From assembly GCA_036802685.1 (NCBI GenBank), contig DAIRVS010000004.1, forward strand, positions 2,651-66,650: 64,000 nt of DNA, given 5' to 3'. A program made the translations under genes and the position numbers. Shown here in pieces: positions 30,304-38,654 of this stretch (the stretch's first letter is position 1; every line of letters starts with the position of its first letter). The notes under the pieces are model-generated. The model ran no database searches, had not been told where the DNA came from, and worked only from the letters and a program-made list of their open reading frames with translations. This DNA is from Myxococcota bacterium. Lineage in GTDB: Bacteria; Myxococcota_A; Polyangia; HGW-17.

Positions 30304-30550
30304 GAAAGTCTCCTGCCTTGGGACCGGGCGCGGCGCGCTCCGGCACGGTCCATACGCCGGCCGGGGCCCCGGTATTCACCGCGCGCCGCGAACCTAGCAC
30401 GGGGGCGACCCCGGCGGCAACGGACAACGACACCCCGCCGCGGGAAATTTCCCAGGTCCGCGGAGGCTTGCATTTTTCCCCGTGCATCCCCTGAGAAATG
30501 ATGTATCTTGACGAGCATTTCGGGGCGACGCGGTCGCCCGGGAGGTCACG

Positions 30551-31222
30551 ATGACGCGACATTTCCTGTGGTGCCTGTGCCTGGTGGGCGCGGTGGTCGC
30601 CTGTGACGCGAGTCCGGCTGAAGAAAATAATGATAATTTGAACAATGTAAATAATGTAAATAATATTAATAATCTCAATAATATTAACAATTTAAATAAT
30701 ACAAATAATTTGAATAATATAAATAATATTAACAACACCAACAACACGACCCGCATCCCTCCGAACCAGAACAAGACCGAAGCCCAGGCGCTGGCGCAAC
30801 TGTTCCCCGGTGCCACCTCCGAGGTCGCCACCAGCGCCAGCGGGAACTATTATGTGCTGCGCGACGGCGCCCAGACGGTGGTGGGCTACGGCCTGACCGC
30901 CACCCATTACGGCTTCAACGCCCAGATCACCACCCTGCTCGGGGTCTCGGCCGACGGCGTCACCGTGGGCCTCGAGACCATCAACCAGCGCGAGAGCTGG
31001 TGGTCGTTCGTCCCCGAGAGCTGGTTCACGGAGTTCACCGGGGTCGACACCGCCGCGATCACGCTGCTGCCCGGCTACGACGAGAACTGCTATCGCTGCA
31101 CCGCCCTGTACGACGCCCTCGGCGTGGACGCCGTCTCGGGCGCCACCTACACCTCCGACGCCCTGATCAAGGACGCCATGGACGGTTATCTGCACTGGTC
31201 CGAGGTGGTCCCGGCCGAGTAG
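30551..31222 (+). CDS. FMN-binding-domain lipoprotein with an N-terminal Asn-rich (NNxNN) linker
   Basis: Lipobox VVAC; C-terminal DAVSGATYTS matches the FMN_bind covalent-attachment motif; 30613-30760 encodes a poly-Asn tract using AT-ending codons. Confidence 0.65.
   Translation: MTRHFLWCLCLVGAVVACDASPAEENNDNLNNVNNVNNINNLNNINNLNNTNNLNNINNINNTNNTTRIPPNQNKTEAQALAQLFPGATSEVATSASGNYYVLRDGAQTVVGYGLTATHYGFNAQITTLLGVSADGVTVGLETINQRESWWSFVPESWFTEFTGVDTAAITLLPGYDENCYRCTALYDALGVDAVSGATYTSDALIKDAMDGYLHWSEVVPAE
30613..30760. repeat. AT-rich low-complexity codon tract (AAT/AAC repeats) encoding NNDNLNNVNNVNNINNLNNINNLNNTNNLNNINNINNTNNTT
   Basis: Seen directly in the sequence; local GC about 20% against about 70% background. 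Confidence 0.9.
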
Positions 31223-31271
31223 GCCCCCCTTTGACCCCAAAGTAATTCTGCGAAAAATTTTCATCCGGGAG

Positions 31272-31300
31272 TTGACATCGGTCGGGTGGAACTTATACCT
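31272..31300 (+). promoter_or_regulatory. sigma70-like promoter of the arsR-family/redox operon: -35 TTGACA, 16-17-nt spacer, -10 TATACC
   Basis: TTGACAtcggtcgggtggaacTTATACC about 50 nt upstream of the GGGAGG SD and the ATG at 31350. Confidence 0.4.
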
Positions 31301-31307
31301 TCTGCGA

Positions 31308-31329
31308 CATATATCGATTTCGGTATATG
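31308..31329. promoter_or_regulatory. 22-bp imperfect palindrome CATATATCGATTTCGGTATATG, candidate ArsR-family operator
   Basis: 18/22 self-complementary positions; lies between the -10 and the SD of the ArsR-family gene. Confidence 0.45.
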
Positions 31330-31349
31330 AAAACCCGGGAGGCCCCGTC

Positions 31350-31712
31350 ATGCAGCCCAGCTTCGAACCCGAAACCGCCGCCGCCGTCGCCGCCGTGCTC
31401 TCCAATCCCGTCCGGCTCCGGCTGGTGGAACGGCTCCTCGCCGGCCCGTGCATCGTCGGCGACCTGGTGGAGGCCACCGGGCTCGGCCAGGCGGTGGTGT
31501 CCAAGCAACTGGGGTTGCTGAGGGCCGCCGGGCTCCTCGCCTGCGCCCCCCAGGGCCGTTGTCGGGAGTATCGCCTGGCCAGCCCCGGGGACGCGGCCGC
31601 GCTCGTGGCGGCGCTGGGCGGCTTGGCCAAGGCCTGCGCGGCCAACCTGCGTGACTGTCCGAAACAGGCCGTCCGGTCGCCCCGGACGGATGAGAAACGC
31701 ATCCGGCAATAA
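31350..31712 (+). CDS. ArsR/SmtB-family winged-helix transcriptional regulator
   Basis: HTH region VGDLVEATGLGQAVVSKQLGLLRAAGLL; small (120-aa) regulator at the head of the redox gene set. Confidence 0.75.
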   Translation: MQPSFEPETAAAVAAVLSNPVRLRLVERLLAGPCIVGDLVEATGLGQAVVSKQLGLLRAAGLLACAPQGRCREYRLASPGDAAALVAALGGLAKACAANLRDCPKQAVRSPRTDEKRIRQ

Positions 31713-31724
31713 GGAGGTATCGTC

Positions 31725-32366
31725 ATGATCCAGATCATCAAGAATTATTCCCAACTCGTCACCGAATCCGACCACCTGAAGGGGCCGCTGGTCATCGGCT
31801 TCTTCGGGGATTTTTCCCAGGGCGCCAAGGAGACGCTCCCCGCGTTCAAGGCGTTCTGCGAAAAGCACCCGCGGTGGCCGGCCTATCTTGTGGACGTGGG
31901 GCGCGTCCGGGACGTGCATGGGCGCTTCCAGGTGGCCCAGGTGCCGGCCGTCATCCTCGTGGAGAACGGCGTCGTGAAGAAGCGCCTGGTGGGCTCGGCC
32001 ACGGCCGCCGCCTATGAGGCCGCCTTCGTGGGTGGCGAGGCTCCAGGCGCGGGGTCCTCCGGCGTCGGCGCGGCCCCGTCGGCCGCCTCGGAGAAGGCCG
32101 CGCGGCCCGCCCGTTCGGTCACCGTGTTCACCACCCAGAGCTGCCCGTGGTGCGTGCGGGTGAAGAACTACCTGCGGCAGCACAACGTGAGCTTCAAGGA
32201 GGTCGACGTGGGCCGCGACCCGCAGGCCGCCCGCGAGCTGGTGCGGCGCACCGGGCAGACCGGCGTGCCCCAACTGGACATCAACGGATCCTACGTGGTG
32301 GGGTTCGACCAGGCGAAGATCGACCGGCTGCTGGGCCTTGCGGGCCCTGCCTCGGCGATGAACTGA
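31725..32366 (+). CDS. thioredoxin-fold N-terminal domain fused to a glutaredoxin-like (CPWC, YruB/NrdH-like) domain
   Basis: C-terminal VTVFTTQSCPWCVRVKNYL...GVPQLDINGSYVVGFD glutaredoxin-like motifs. Confidence 0.7.
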   Translation: MIQIIKNYSQLVTESDHLKGPLVIGFFGDFSQGAKETLPAFKAFCEKHPRWPAYLVDVGRVRDVHGRFQVAQVPAVILVENGVVKKRLVGSATAAAYEAAFVGGEAPGAGSSGVGAAPSAASEKAARPARSVTVFTTQSCPWCVRVKNYLRQHNVSFKEVDVGRDPQAARELVRRTGQTGVPQLDINGSYVVGFDQAKIDRLLGLAGPASAMN

Positions 32367-32388
32367 AGGAAAAGAAGGAGAGGGACAT

Positions 32389-32680
32389 GAAGATCGTGCC
32401 GTTGAACGAACAGGTGTTGCTGCGTCCGGTGAAGGACGAACCCGCCCCCGGTGGCCTGGTGCTGCCGGAGTCCGTGCGGGAGGACGGTGATCTCGCCGAG
32501 GTCGTGGCGATCTCGCCGCTGGTGGTGAACGCCGATCTGGCGGTGGGAGATCGCGTCCTCGTGCGCCGGTTCTCGGGGACCGGGCTCGAGTGGGAAGGGG
32601 AAAAACTGCGCTTCGTGGCCGCGGGGGATCTGCTGGCCAAGCGGGTGGAGGCCGACGCCATCCCGGGCGCAGGAGACTGA
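32389..32680 (+). CDS. GroES/Cpn10-like co-chaperonin-fold protein (standalone, no adjacent groEL)
   Basis: MKIVPLNEQVLLRPV...PGGLVLPES mobile-loop-like segment; 97 aa; GAAGGAGAGGG SD. Confidence 0.6.
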
Positions 32681-32714
32681 TCGGAATGACTTTCGAAAGA
32701 AGAGAGGTGAAATC

Positions 32715-33062
32715 ATGTTGCAGACGAAACTCGAACACATCCAGACGACAAAACAGTATCAGGAGCTCGTGGAGAGCGGAAAGAAATTCGCCGTGGTCTG
32801 CGGCCGCATGGGACCCATGTGCATCCCGGTCTACGACGTCATGGACAACCTGAAATCGAAGTACCCGGACGTGACCTTCCTTGACATGGAGTTCGACGCA
32901 CCGGTGGCCGCCGAGACGATCCGGCGCCTGCCCGAGACGCGCTCGTTCTCCGGGCTCCCCTTCACGGTGTACTTCCGCGACAAGCAGGTGGTCGCCGCCA
33001 CCTCCAGCATCCAGACCAAGCAGCAGGTGAAGGAGATCCTGGACGCGAAACTCAAGGACTGA
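32715..33062 (+). CDS. thioredoxin-like protein with an atypical C-x6-C (CGRMGPMC) active-site region
   Basis: Trx-fold length and pattern (FAVVCGRMGPMCIPV...) but not the canonical WCGPC. Confidence 0.6.
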   Translation: MLQTKLEHIQTTKQYQELVESGKKFAVVCGRMGPMCIPVYDVMDNLKSKYPDVTFLDMEFDAPVAAETIRRLPETRSFSGLPFTVYFRDKQVVAATSSIQTKQQVKEILDAKLKD

Positions 33063-33093
33063 GGGACGCCCGCTCCCCTTCCGGAGGTGAATC

Positions 33094-34047
33094 ATGGACC
33101 CTCAAGCCTATGACGTGATCGTGCTCGGCGGCGGCCCCGCGGGGCTGACGGCCGCGATCTACCTGGCCCGCGCGAGGCTCTCGACGCTCGTGCTCGACAC
33201 CGGCTCCACCGGCGGGCAGATGAACCTGACCCACGAGGTGGCCAACTATCCGGGCGTGGCGTCCACGACCGGCGCCCAGTTGGGGCAGGTGATGCGGGCC
33301 CAGGCCGAGGCCTTCGGCGCCCGCGTGATCTCCCAGGCCGAGCTCGGGCGCCTGGCGCTCGACGGGCCGGTGAAGTCCGTGGAGGTGGAGGACGAGGGCG
33401 TCTTCACGGCCCGAGCGGTCATCCTGGCGCCCGGCGGCGCGCCCCGGACGCTGGGGCTGGACTCCGAGGCCCGCTTCAAGGGCCGCGGGATCTCGTACTG
33501 CGCCACCTGCGACGGCGACTTCTTCACCGGGCAGGACATCGCCGTGATCGGCGGCGGGAACTCGGCCCTCGAGGAGGCGGTGTCCCTCACGAAGTATGCG
33601 TCCTCGGTGACCATCCTGCACGAGTTCGATCACTTCCAGGCCCACCCCTGGGCGGTGGAACAGGCGCGCGTCAACCCGAAGATCCGGTTCCTCCTCGAGC
33701 AGACGATCACCGGCTTCGAGGGGGACGACCGGCTCACCGCGGTCACCAGCGTGCACAAGCGCACCGGCGAGGCGGTCCGGGTGCCCGTGACGGGGACGTT
33801 CGTCTTCATCGGGTACGTCCCGCGCACGGCCGGACTGCCCCCGTCAATCCGGTTGACCGAACGGGGGGAGATCCTCACCGACGAGCTCATGCGCACCTCG
33901 GTGCCGGGCGTGTTCGCCGCGGGGGACGCCCGGGCCAAGCGCTACCGGCAGATCACCACGGCCGTCTCCGACGGGACCGTGGCCGCGATCCAGGCCACTG
34001 AATATCTCAGCGGGGAAGGGACGCCCGCAACAGGGCGTTCCGTCTGA
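33094..34047 (+). CDS. trxB: thioredoxin reductase
   Basis: FAD site VIVLGGGPAGLTAA, redox-active CATCDG, NADPH site GGGNSALEEA. Confidence 0.9.
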   Translation: MDPQAYDVIVLGGGPAGLTAAIYLARARLSTLVLDTGSTGGQMNLTHEVANYPGVASTTGAQLGQVMRAQAEAFGARVISQAELGRLALDGPVKSVEVEDEGVFTARAVILAPGGAPRTLGLDSEARFKGRGISYCATCDGDFFTGQDIAVIGGGNSALEEAVSLTKYASSVTILHEFDHFQAHPWAVEQARVNPKIRFLLEQTITGFEGDDRLTAVTSVHKRTGEAVRVPVTGTFVFIGYVPRTAGLPPSIRLTERGEILTDELMRTSVPGVFAAGDARAKRYRQITTAVSDGTVAAIQATEYLSGEGTPATGRSV

Positions 34048-34079
34048 GGCGACGACGTCGCCGGAACGATCAGCCCGCG

Positions 34080-34829
34080 TCAGCGGGGCAGGAAGCGCAA
34101 AGTAGCCTTGTTGTCCTTGACGACGACCTGGATCTCGACCTCGGCGCAGCCGTGGGCCTGCTTGACCTTGGGGATCTGGCTCGAGAGGGTGGCGAAGAAC
34201 CGGTCCGGCGTGATCCCCTCGAGGCTCTCGCCGGTGGACAGCCGGGCCCGCACGAAGTTCTCGTAGGCGCGGCGCAGGGCGGGATCGGACGACGCGCCCG
34301 GGGCGGAGGGTTGTGCGGCGGCGGCGGCCGGGGTGTTCGCCGCGGGCGGCGCCTTGCGGTCCTCGGCGGCCGCGGGTCGCTCCGCTGCCGCGTCGTTTCG
34401 GGCGCCCTCGGCCGCGGCCTGCTGGTTGCGCAGTTCGGCGATCCTGGCCATGGCCGCCTCGAGCTCGCCCCGGGTGCGGACGTTGTCGAGCACGCTCTCG
34501 GGCAGGCCCTCGTCGCGGAGCTTGCGCCGCATGCGCTGCAACTGCCGCTCGTACACGCCGTCCTCGATCTCGCGCAGCACGCGGTTCCAGTACTGCTCGT
34601 AGGTGCGGAACTTGGTCTCCATGCGGGCCAGCAGGAACTTGAGCGCGGTGTTGTTGGGGGGGTTCTCCTTGAGCAGCCGCAGCTCGAGCTGGATGTTCTT
34701 GCGCAGCTGGACCGGTTCGAACCGCTCGAGTCCGAGGAAGAACTGCTCGTACACCACCCGCAGTTTGTCGATGCTCGAGTCGAGCAGGTTCAGCCGGGCG
34801 GTCAGGGCCTTGTTTTCCTCGAACGACAT
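34080..34829 (-). CDS. hypothetical coiled-coil protein (Ala/Pro-rich central region)
   Basis: 249-aa ORF located 3 nt after the upstream CDP-alcohol phosphatidyltransferase gene. Confidence 0.5.
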   Translation of the reverse strand: MSFEENKALTARLNLLDSSIDKLRVVYEQFFLGLERFEPVQLRKNIQLELRLLKENPPNNTALKFLLARMETKFRTYEQYWNRVLREIEDGVYERQLQRMRRKLRDEGLPESVLDNVRTRGELEAAMARIAELRNQQAAAEGARNDAAAERPAAAEDRKAPPAANTPAAAAAQPSAPGASSDPALRRAYENFVRARLSTGESLEGITPDRFFATLSSQIPKVKQAHGCAEVEIQVVVKDNKATLRFLPR

Positions 34830-34832
34830 CTG

Positions 34833-35675
34833 TCACTCCGACCTTGGGTCATCCGGCGCCCGGCCGGGGTCCAGGGACACCTGCATCTCGATCTCCTCGA
34901 TCACCGGCAGGGACGGGTTGGACTGCATCTCGACGAGCAGGCCGGCTTCGCGGGCGGCCTCCTGCAGGGTGCGGGCGCGCTGCAGGTTCTTGCGCTCCAC
35001 GGCCTCCATGAACAGCGCGAAGTACTCCACCGCCGAGAACAGCGACAGGATCAGCGACAGGTACAGGATGAACAGTCCCATGCGATGGTAGTCCAGCCAC
35101 CAGCCGGTGCCCCACAGCGGATAGGGGAAATTCACGAGCAGGAAGGTCAGCCCGAAGAACTGGAAGGCCGTCTTCTGCTTGCCGGACTCGGAAGCGGCGA
35201 TGACCACCCCCTCGCCCATGGCCAGGGCCCGCAGGCCGGTGACGGCGAACTCGCGGAACAGCATCAGGATCAGCAGCCAGGCGGGGATCAGGTCCATGGC
35301 CACCAGGGTGACCATGATCGAGAGCGTGGTGAGCTTGTCGGCCAGCGGATCCAGGAACTTCCCCAGCAGGGTGATCTTCCCGGTCTTTCGGGCCAGGTAG
35401 CCGTCGAGGAAGTCCGAGAAGCCGGCGAACAGGAAGAGCAGGGCCGCCCAATAGTGGGCCAGCGGAGTGCCGCGGTCGAGGACCGCCAGGATGACCGGGA
35501 TCAGGGCCAGGCGCGAGAGGGTGATGAGGTTGGGCAGGTTGCCGACCTCCTCGCCCAGGGAGCGGATGCGGAAGTCGCTGACCTTGCGCCGGCGCACGAA
35601 GCGGAGCCGGAGGATCCGGGGGACCTGCGCCAGGGCGCGCACCGCGACGTTCTTGGTGGGGGCGGCCGGCGTCAT
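34833..35675 (-). CDS. CDP-alcohol phosphatidyltransferase family protein (PgsA/phosphatidylglycerophosphate-synthase-like)
   Basis: D-G-x2-A-R...G...G-x3-D-x3-D motif (SDFLDGYLARKTGKITLLGKFLDPLADK); polytopic; ATGA overlap with the upstream gene. Confidence 0.75.
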   Translation of the reverse strand: MTPAAPTKNVAVRALAQVPRILRLRFVRRRKVSDFRIRSLGEEVGNLPNLITLSRLALIPVILAVLDRGTPLAHYWAALLFLFAGFSDFLDGYLARKTGKITLLGKFLDPLADKLTTLSIMVTLVAMDLIPAWLLILMLFREFAVTGLRALAMGEGVVIAASESGKQKTAFQFFGLTFLLVNFPYPLWGTGWWLDYHRMGLFILYLSLILSLFSAVEYFALFMEAVERKNLQRARTLQEAAREAGLLVEMQSNPSLPVIEEIEMQVSLDPGRAPDDPRSE

Positions 35676-36856
35676 GACTGCAGCAGGAGGGAGCCGCTCC
35701 CGGCGACCTGGATGAAGGAACTGTGGCTGTACTGGGCGACGACGTAGCCGTCCCAGCCGACGAGGCGGTCGATGGAGGCGATCAGGTACTCCTCCTCGGG
35801 CAGGGGCACGCTGTAGAGGCGGCCGGGCAACTGGATGATGACCGAGCCGCGTCCGCGGAAGGAGATCAGGGGGAGCTTGTGCTGCTCGCCCCGCAGCCAG
35901 CCATTCTCCCATTTGAGATCGCCGGCGAAGGCCACGACGCGCTCCTCGAGGATGTAGAGCGGGCTGTCCTCGAGGTTGAAGCCCATGAACATGTGCTTGT
36001 CGGTGGGGACCAGGGACACGACCCCGCGCCCCTGGCACTCCACGAGGTCGCCGGTGAGCTCGGAGGTGATCCGGCGCTCGCCGGCCTGGCCGCGCATGCG
36101 CTCCTGGGCCGGGATGATCGAGAGGCCCATGTGCCAGCACAGCACCAGCTTCTCCCGCACGAACCAGGAGCCGGCGACGGGGATCTTGATGCACTCGGGG
36201 GTGAACACCAGGTGAGGCCCCGGGTGGATGTCGAGCACGCACAGGCGATCCGTGGCGCGGCTGTCTCGCTGGGTGGGGCGCGCGATCGGGCCGGGGGTCA
36301 CCTGGTCGCCGGGCATGGGCGTGACGTCCGCGTCGATGAGCATGCCCTCGTCCTCGGGTTCGGGCTCGGGCTCCTCGTTCAGGACCGGCGTCTGCGTGGC
36401 CGGGTGGGCCGAGAGTACGGCGCGCACCGAGGAGAGCAGGTCGTTGAGCTCGGGGGACAGGTCGACGACGTTGCCGATCATGGGGAGCCCCAGCATGCGG
36501 CGGACCTGCTGGTAGAAGGACACGGCCTCCTGGTTGGCGGGATCCGAGAGGACCGCTTGCTCGACCTCGGCGTAGCCCAGGTGGATGTCGCCCTGGGCGA
36601 AGTATTCGCACCCGAGCTTGAAGTGCAGGGCGGGCTCCCCGGGGAACTGCAGCAGCAGCTGCTTGAAGATGGCGGTGGCCGAGGCGTGATCCCGCTGGGC
36701 CACGAGGATGTTGGCCAGAAGCGAGAGAGCGCGCGGCTCGCCGGGGTGGCGCACCAGCGCCTTGTCGATGCGCGTGCGCGCGCCGACGATGTTGCCGGCG
36801 ACGTACAGTTCGGTGGCGTCCAGCAGCAGTTGGTCGAAGGTGACATCGGGCGTCAT
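35672..36856 (-). CDS. TPR-repeat N-terminal domain fused to an AIM24-like (DUF124) C-terminal domain
   Basis: N-terminal helical TPR-like repeats; C-terminal beta-rich region resembling AIM24-family proteins; annotation is tentative. Confidence 0.5.
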   Translation of the reverse strand: MTPDVTFDQLLLDATELYVAGNIVGARTRIDKALVRHPGEPRALSLLANILVAQRDHASATAIFKQLLLQFPGEPALHFKLGCEYFAQGDIHLGYAEVEQAVLSDPANQEAVSFYQQVRRMLGLPMIGNVVDLSPELNDLLSSVRAVLSAHPATQTPVLNEEPEPEPEDEGMLIDADVTPMPGDQVTPGPIARPTQRDSRATDRLCVLDIHPGPHLVFTPECIKIPVAGSWFVREKLVLCWHMGLSIIPAQERMRGQAGERRITSELTGDLVECQGRGVVSLVPTDKHMFMGFNLEDSPLYILEERVVAFAGDLKWENGWLRGEQHKLPLISFRGRGSVIIQLPGRLYSVPLPEEEYLIASIDRLVGWDGYVVAQYSHSSFIQVAGSGSLLLQS

Positions 36857-36914
36857 GGGTGCTATTCTTACACCAACTCGCGCCCGAGCGCTTCATTTTT
36901 TTGGATGGTCGGCG

Positions 36915-37337
36915 ATGTGGACATTACTGGTATTTCAACTCTTCTGGACGCAGGCCGCGGTGGATCCCCTCGGTGAGATGGTGGCCCGCAACTTCGTCGA
37001 TCACCTGGCCAACCGCGACCTGGGACGGACCACCGCGCTGATGTCCGCGACGGTCAACTTCGACGGCCGCGTCGCGACCGGGGACGAGGCCAAGATCGCC
37101 CTGCTGCAGCGCACGTTCGCCGGTCATCCGGCGCCAATCCGCTTTTCGCGGGTCACGGTGATGACCGGGGCCCAGGCCCTGGCCCGCTTCGGAAAGCCGC
37201 CGGCGCGCCTCGGAGAACTGGAGCTGGACCGCGCCCTGGTGGTGCTCGCCCGCAGGAAGATCGGCGGACTGGTGATCGTCCTGCGCGAGGAGGACAAGAT
37301 CCCCGGACGCTGGCGCGTGGTCGCGCTCACCGATTGA
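36915..37337 (+). CDS. hypothetical exported protein
   Basis: MWTLLVFQLFWTQAAVDP signal-like N-terminus using AT-rich codons; no SD. Confidence 0.4.
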   Translation: MWTLLVFQLFWTQAAVDPLGEMVARNFVDHLANRDLGRTTALMSATVNFDGRVATGDEAKIALLQRTFAGHPAPIRFSRVTVMTGAQALARFGKPPARLGELELDRALVVLARRKIGGLVIVLREEDKIPGRWRVVALTD

Positions 37338-37785
37338 TCATTTCTCGAACAGCACGGGGATCTTGGGGCCGTCCACGACCTTGCCCTTGGTATGGAACCA
37401 GGCCGAGCCGTGGTACTCCCAGGTGGTCTCGAGGAGGGTGTCCTGCAGGATGTTGTCGTCCTTGGCCGTCCAGGAGACCCGCAGGCGGACGACGGCCTTC
37501 TTCGCGGTCTTGTCCGGCGTGATGCGCACCACGGTGATGGAGTTGAAGGCCAGGTGGCGCTCGGCCACGTCGAGGCTGTCGAGGTAGGCGGCGCGGAAGG
37601 CCGGCGGCACGTAGTCCTTGGAGATCTCGCCGTTGAACCAGCGCAACTGCTCGTAGAACTGCATGACCGAGGGCTCCAGGGAACCCAGCGTCTCCTTGTT
37701 CTTCATGCCGCCGGCGCAGGCGGTCACGCCGAAGGCGGCGGCCAGGCACAGGAGGATCGGGACCAGCGCGGGGGGACGGCGGCTC
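37338..37785 (-). CDS. lipoprotein of unknown function
   Basis: MSRRPPALVPILLCLAAAFGVTAC lipobox; ATGA overlap with the upstream lipoprotein gene. Confidence 0.55.
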
Positions 37786-38582
37786 ATGGCACGAAGTCCG
37801 CGCAGGCGGTGGCGTCGCCGGTGACGTTCAGTTCCCAGGCCGGGTTGGTGATCCCGGCGCCGACCTGGATATCCAGGGTGCCGCAGTAATGCACGACGCC
37901 GACCGCGTCCTGGCCGGTCACGCGCAGGGTGTAGAAGCCGGTGGGCACGCCCTGCACGGTCCGCTCGGGCTGGCACGCGCCGCTGTAGGTCCCGCTCGTG
38001 AGGGCCTGTTCGGCCTCGTCGTAGATCGCCACGTTCACGGTGGACACGGCGGGGTCGGCCGCGGCGCAGGCGGCGCCGTTCCAGGTGAACTTGTACCAGA
38101 GGGTGCCGGCGAAGTCCGTGAAGAACGACTCCAGGTCGAAGTCCACCTCGCGCACCTCGGGGGGGTTCCCGTCGTTGTACACGCGGGTCTCCACCGTCTT
38201 GACCTGGGAGATCGGCTGCCGCGCCGAGTCCAACAGCGTCACCTGGACCGTGTAGGGTCCCTGGGGGAAGGGCGTGCACTTGTCGTCCGAGACCGAGTAC
38301 TCCATGGCCGTGCAGAGGATCTCGCCGGTGTGGAGGTAGTTCTCGGGGCCGGTGATGGTGATCGAGGCGTAGGTGGCGTCCACGTCCAGGCAGGTGTCGA
38401 AGCTGATCTCGTTGCCCAGGAAGATGCGCTTGCCGTTGATCGTCCACTTGGTGCGCATCTGCACCGGCACGTAGGTCGAGCCGGAGCCGCACGGAGGCTG
38501 GTTGTCGTTGTCGCAGGCGGCCGGCAGCAGCAGGGTCAGGGCGAGCAGGGGAAGGGCGATGGCGGCTTTCATGGAGCTCCTG
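37784..38582 (-). CDS. Cys-containing lipoprotein of unknown function
   Basis: MKAAIALPLLALTLLLPAAC lipobox; AGGAG SD; the ORF extends upstream but the N-terminal extension is Arg/Pro-rich junk. Confidence 0.55.
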
Positions 38583-38654
38583 TCGTCTGGGAATGAGACC
38601 CCTCGTGGGCCTCGGGCATGAAGTATCACGGAACCGGCCTTTCGGCAACGGGCG

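Noticed and set aside
34833-36896. 687-aa ORF spanning the CDP-alcohol phosphatidyltransferase and TPR/AIM24-like genes
   Set aside because: This is frame read-through of GC-rich DNA. The upstream part is Arg/Pro-rich. The real genes are 34833-35675 and 35672-36856 in different frames, joined by an ATGA overlap.
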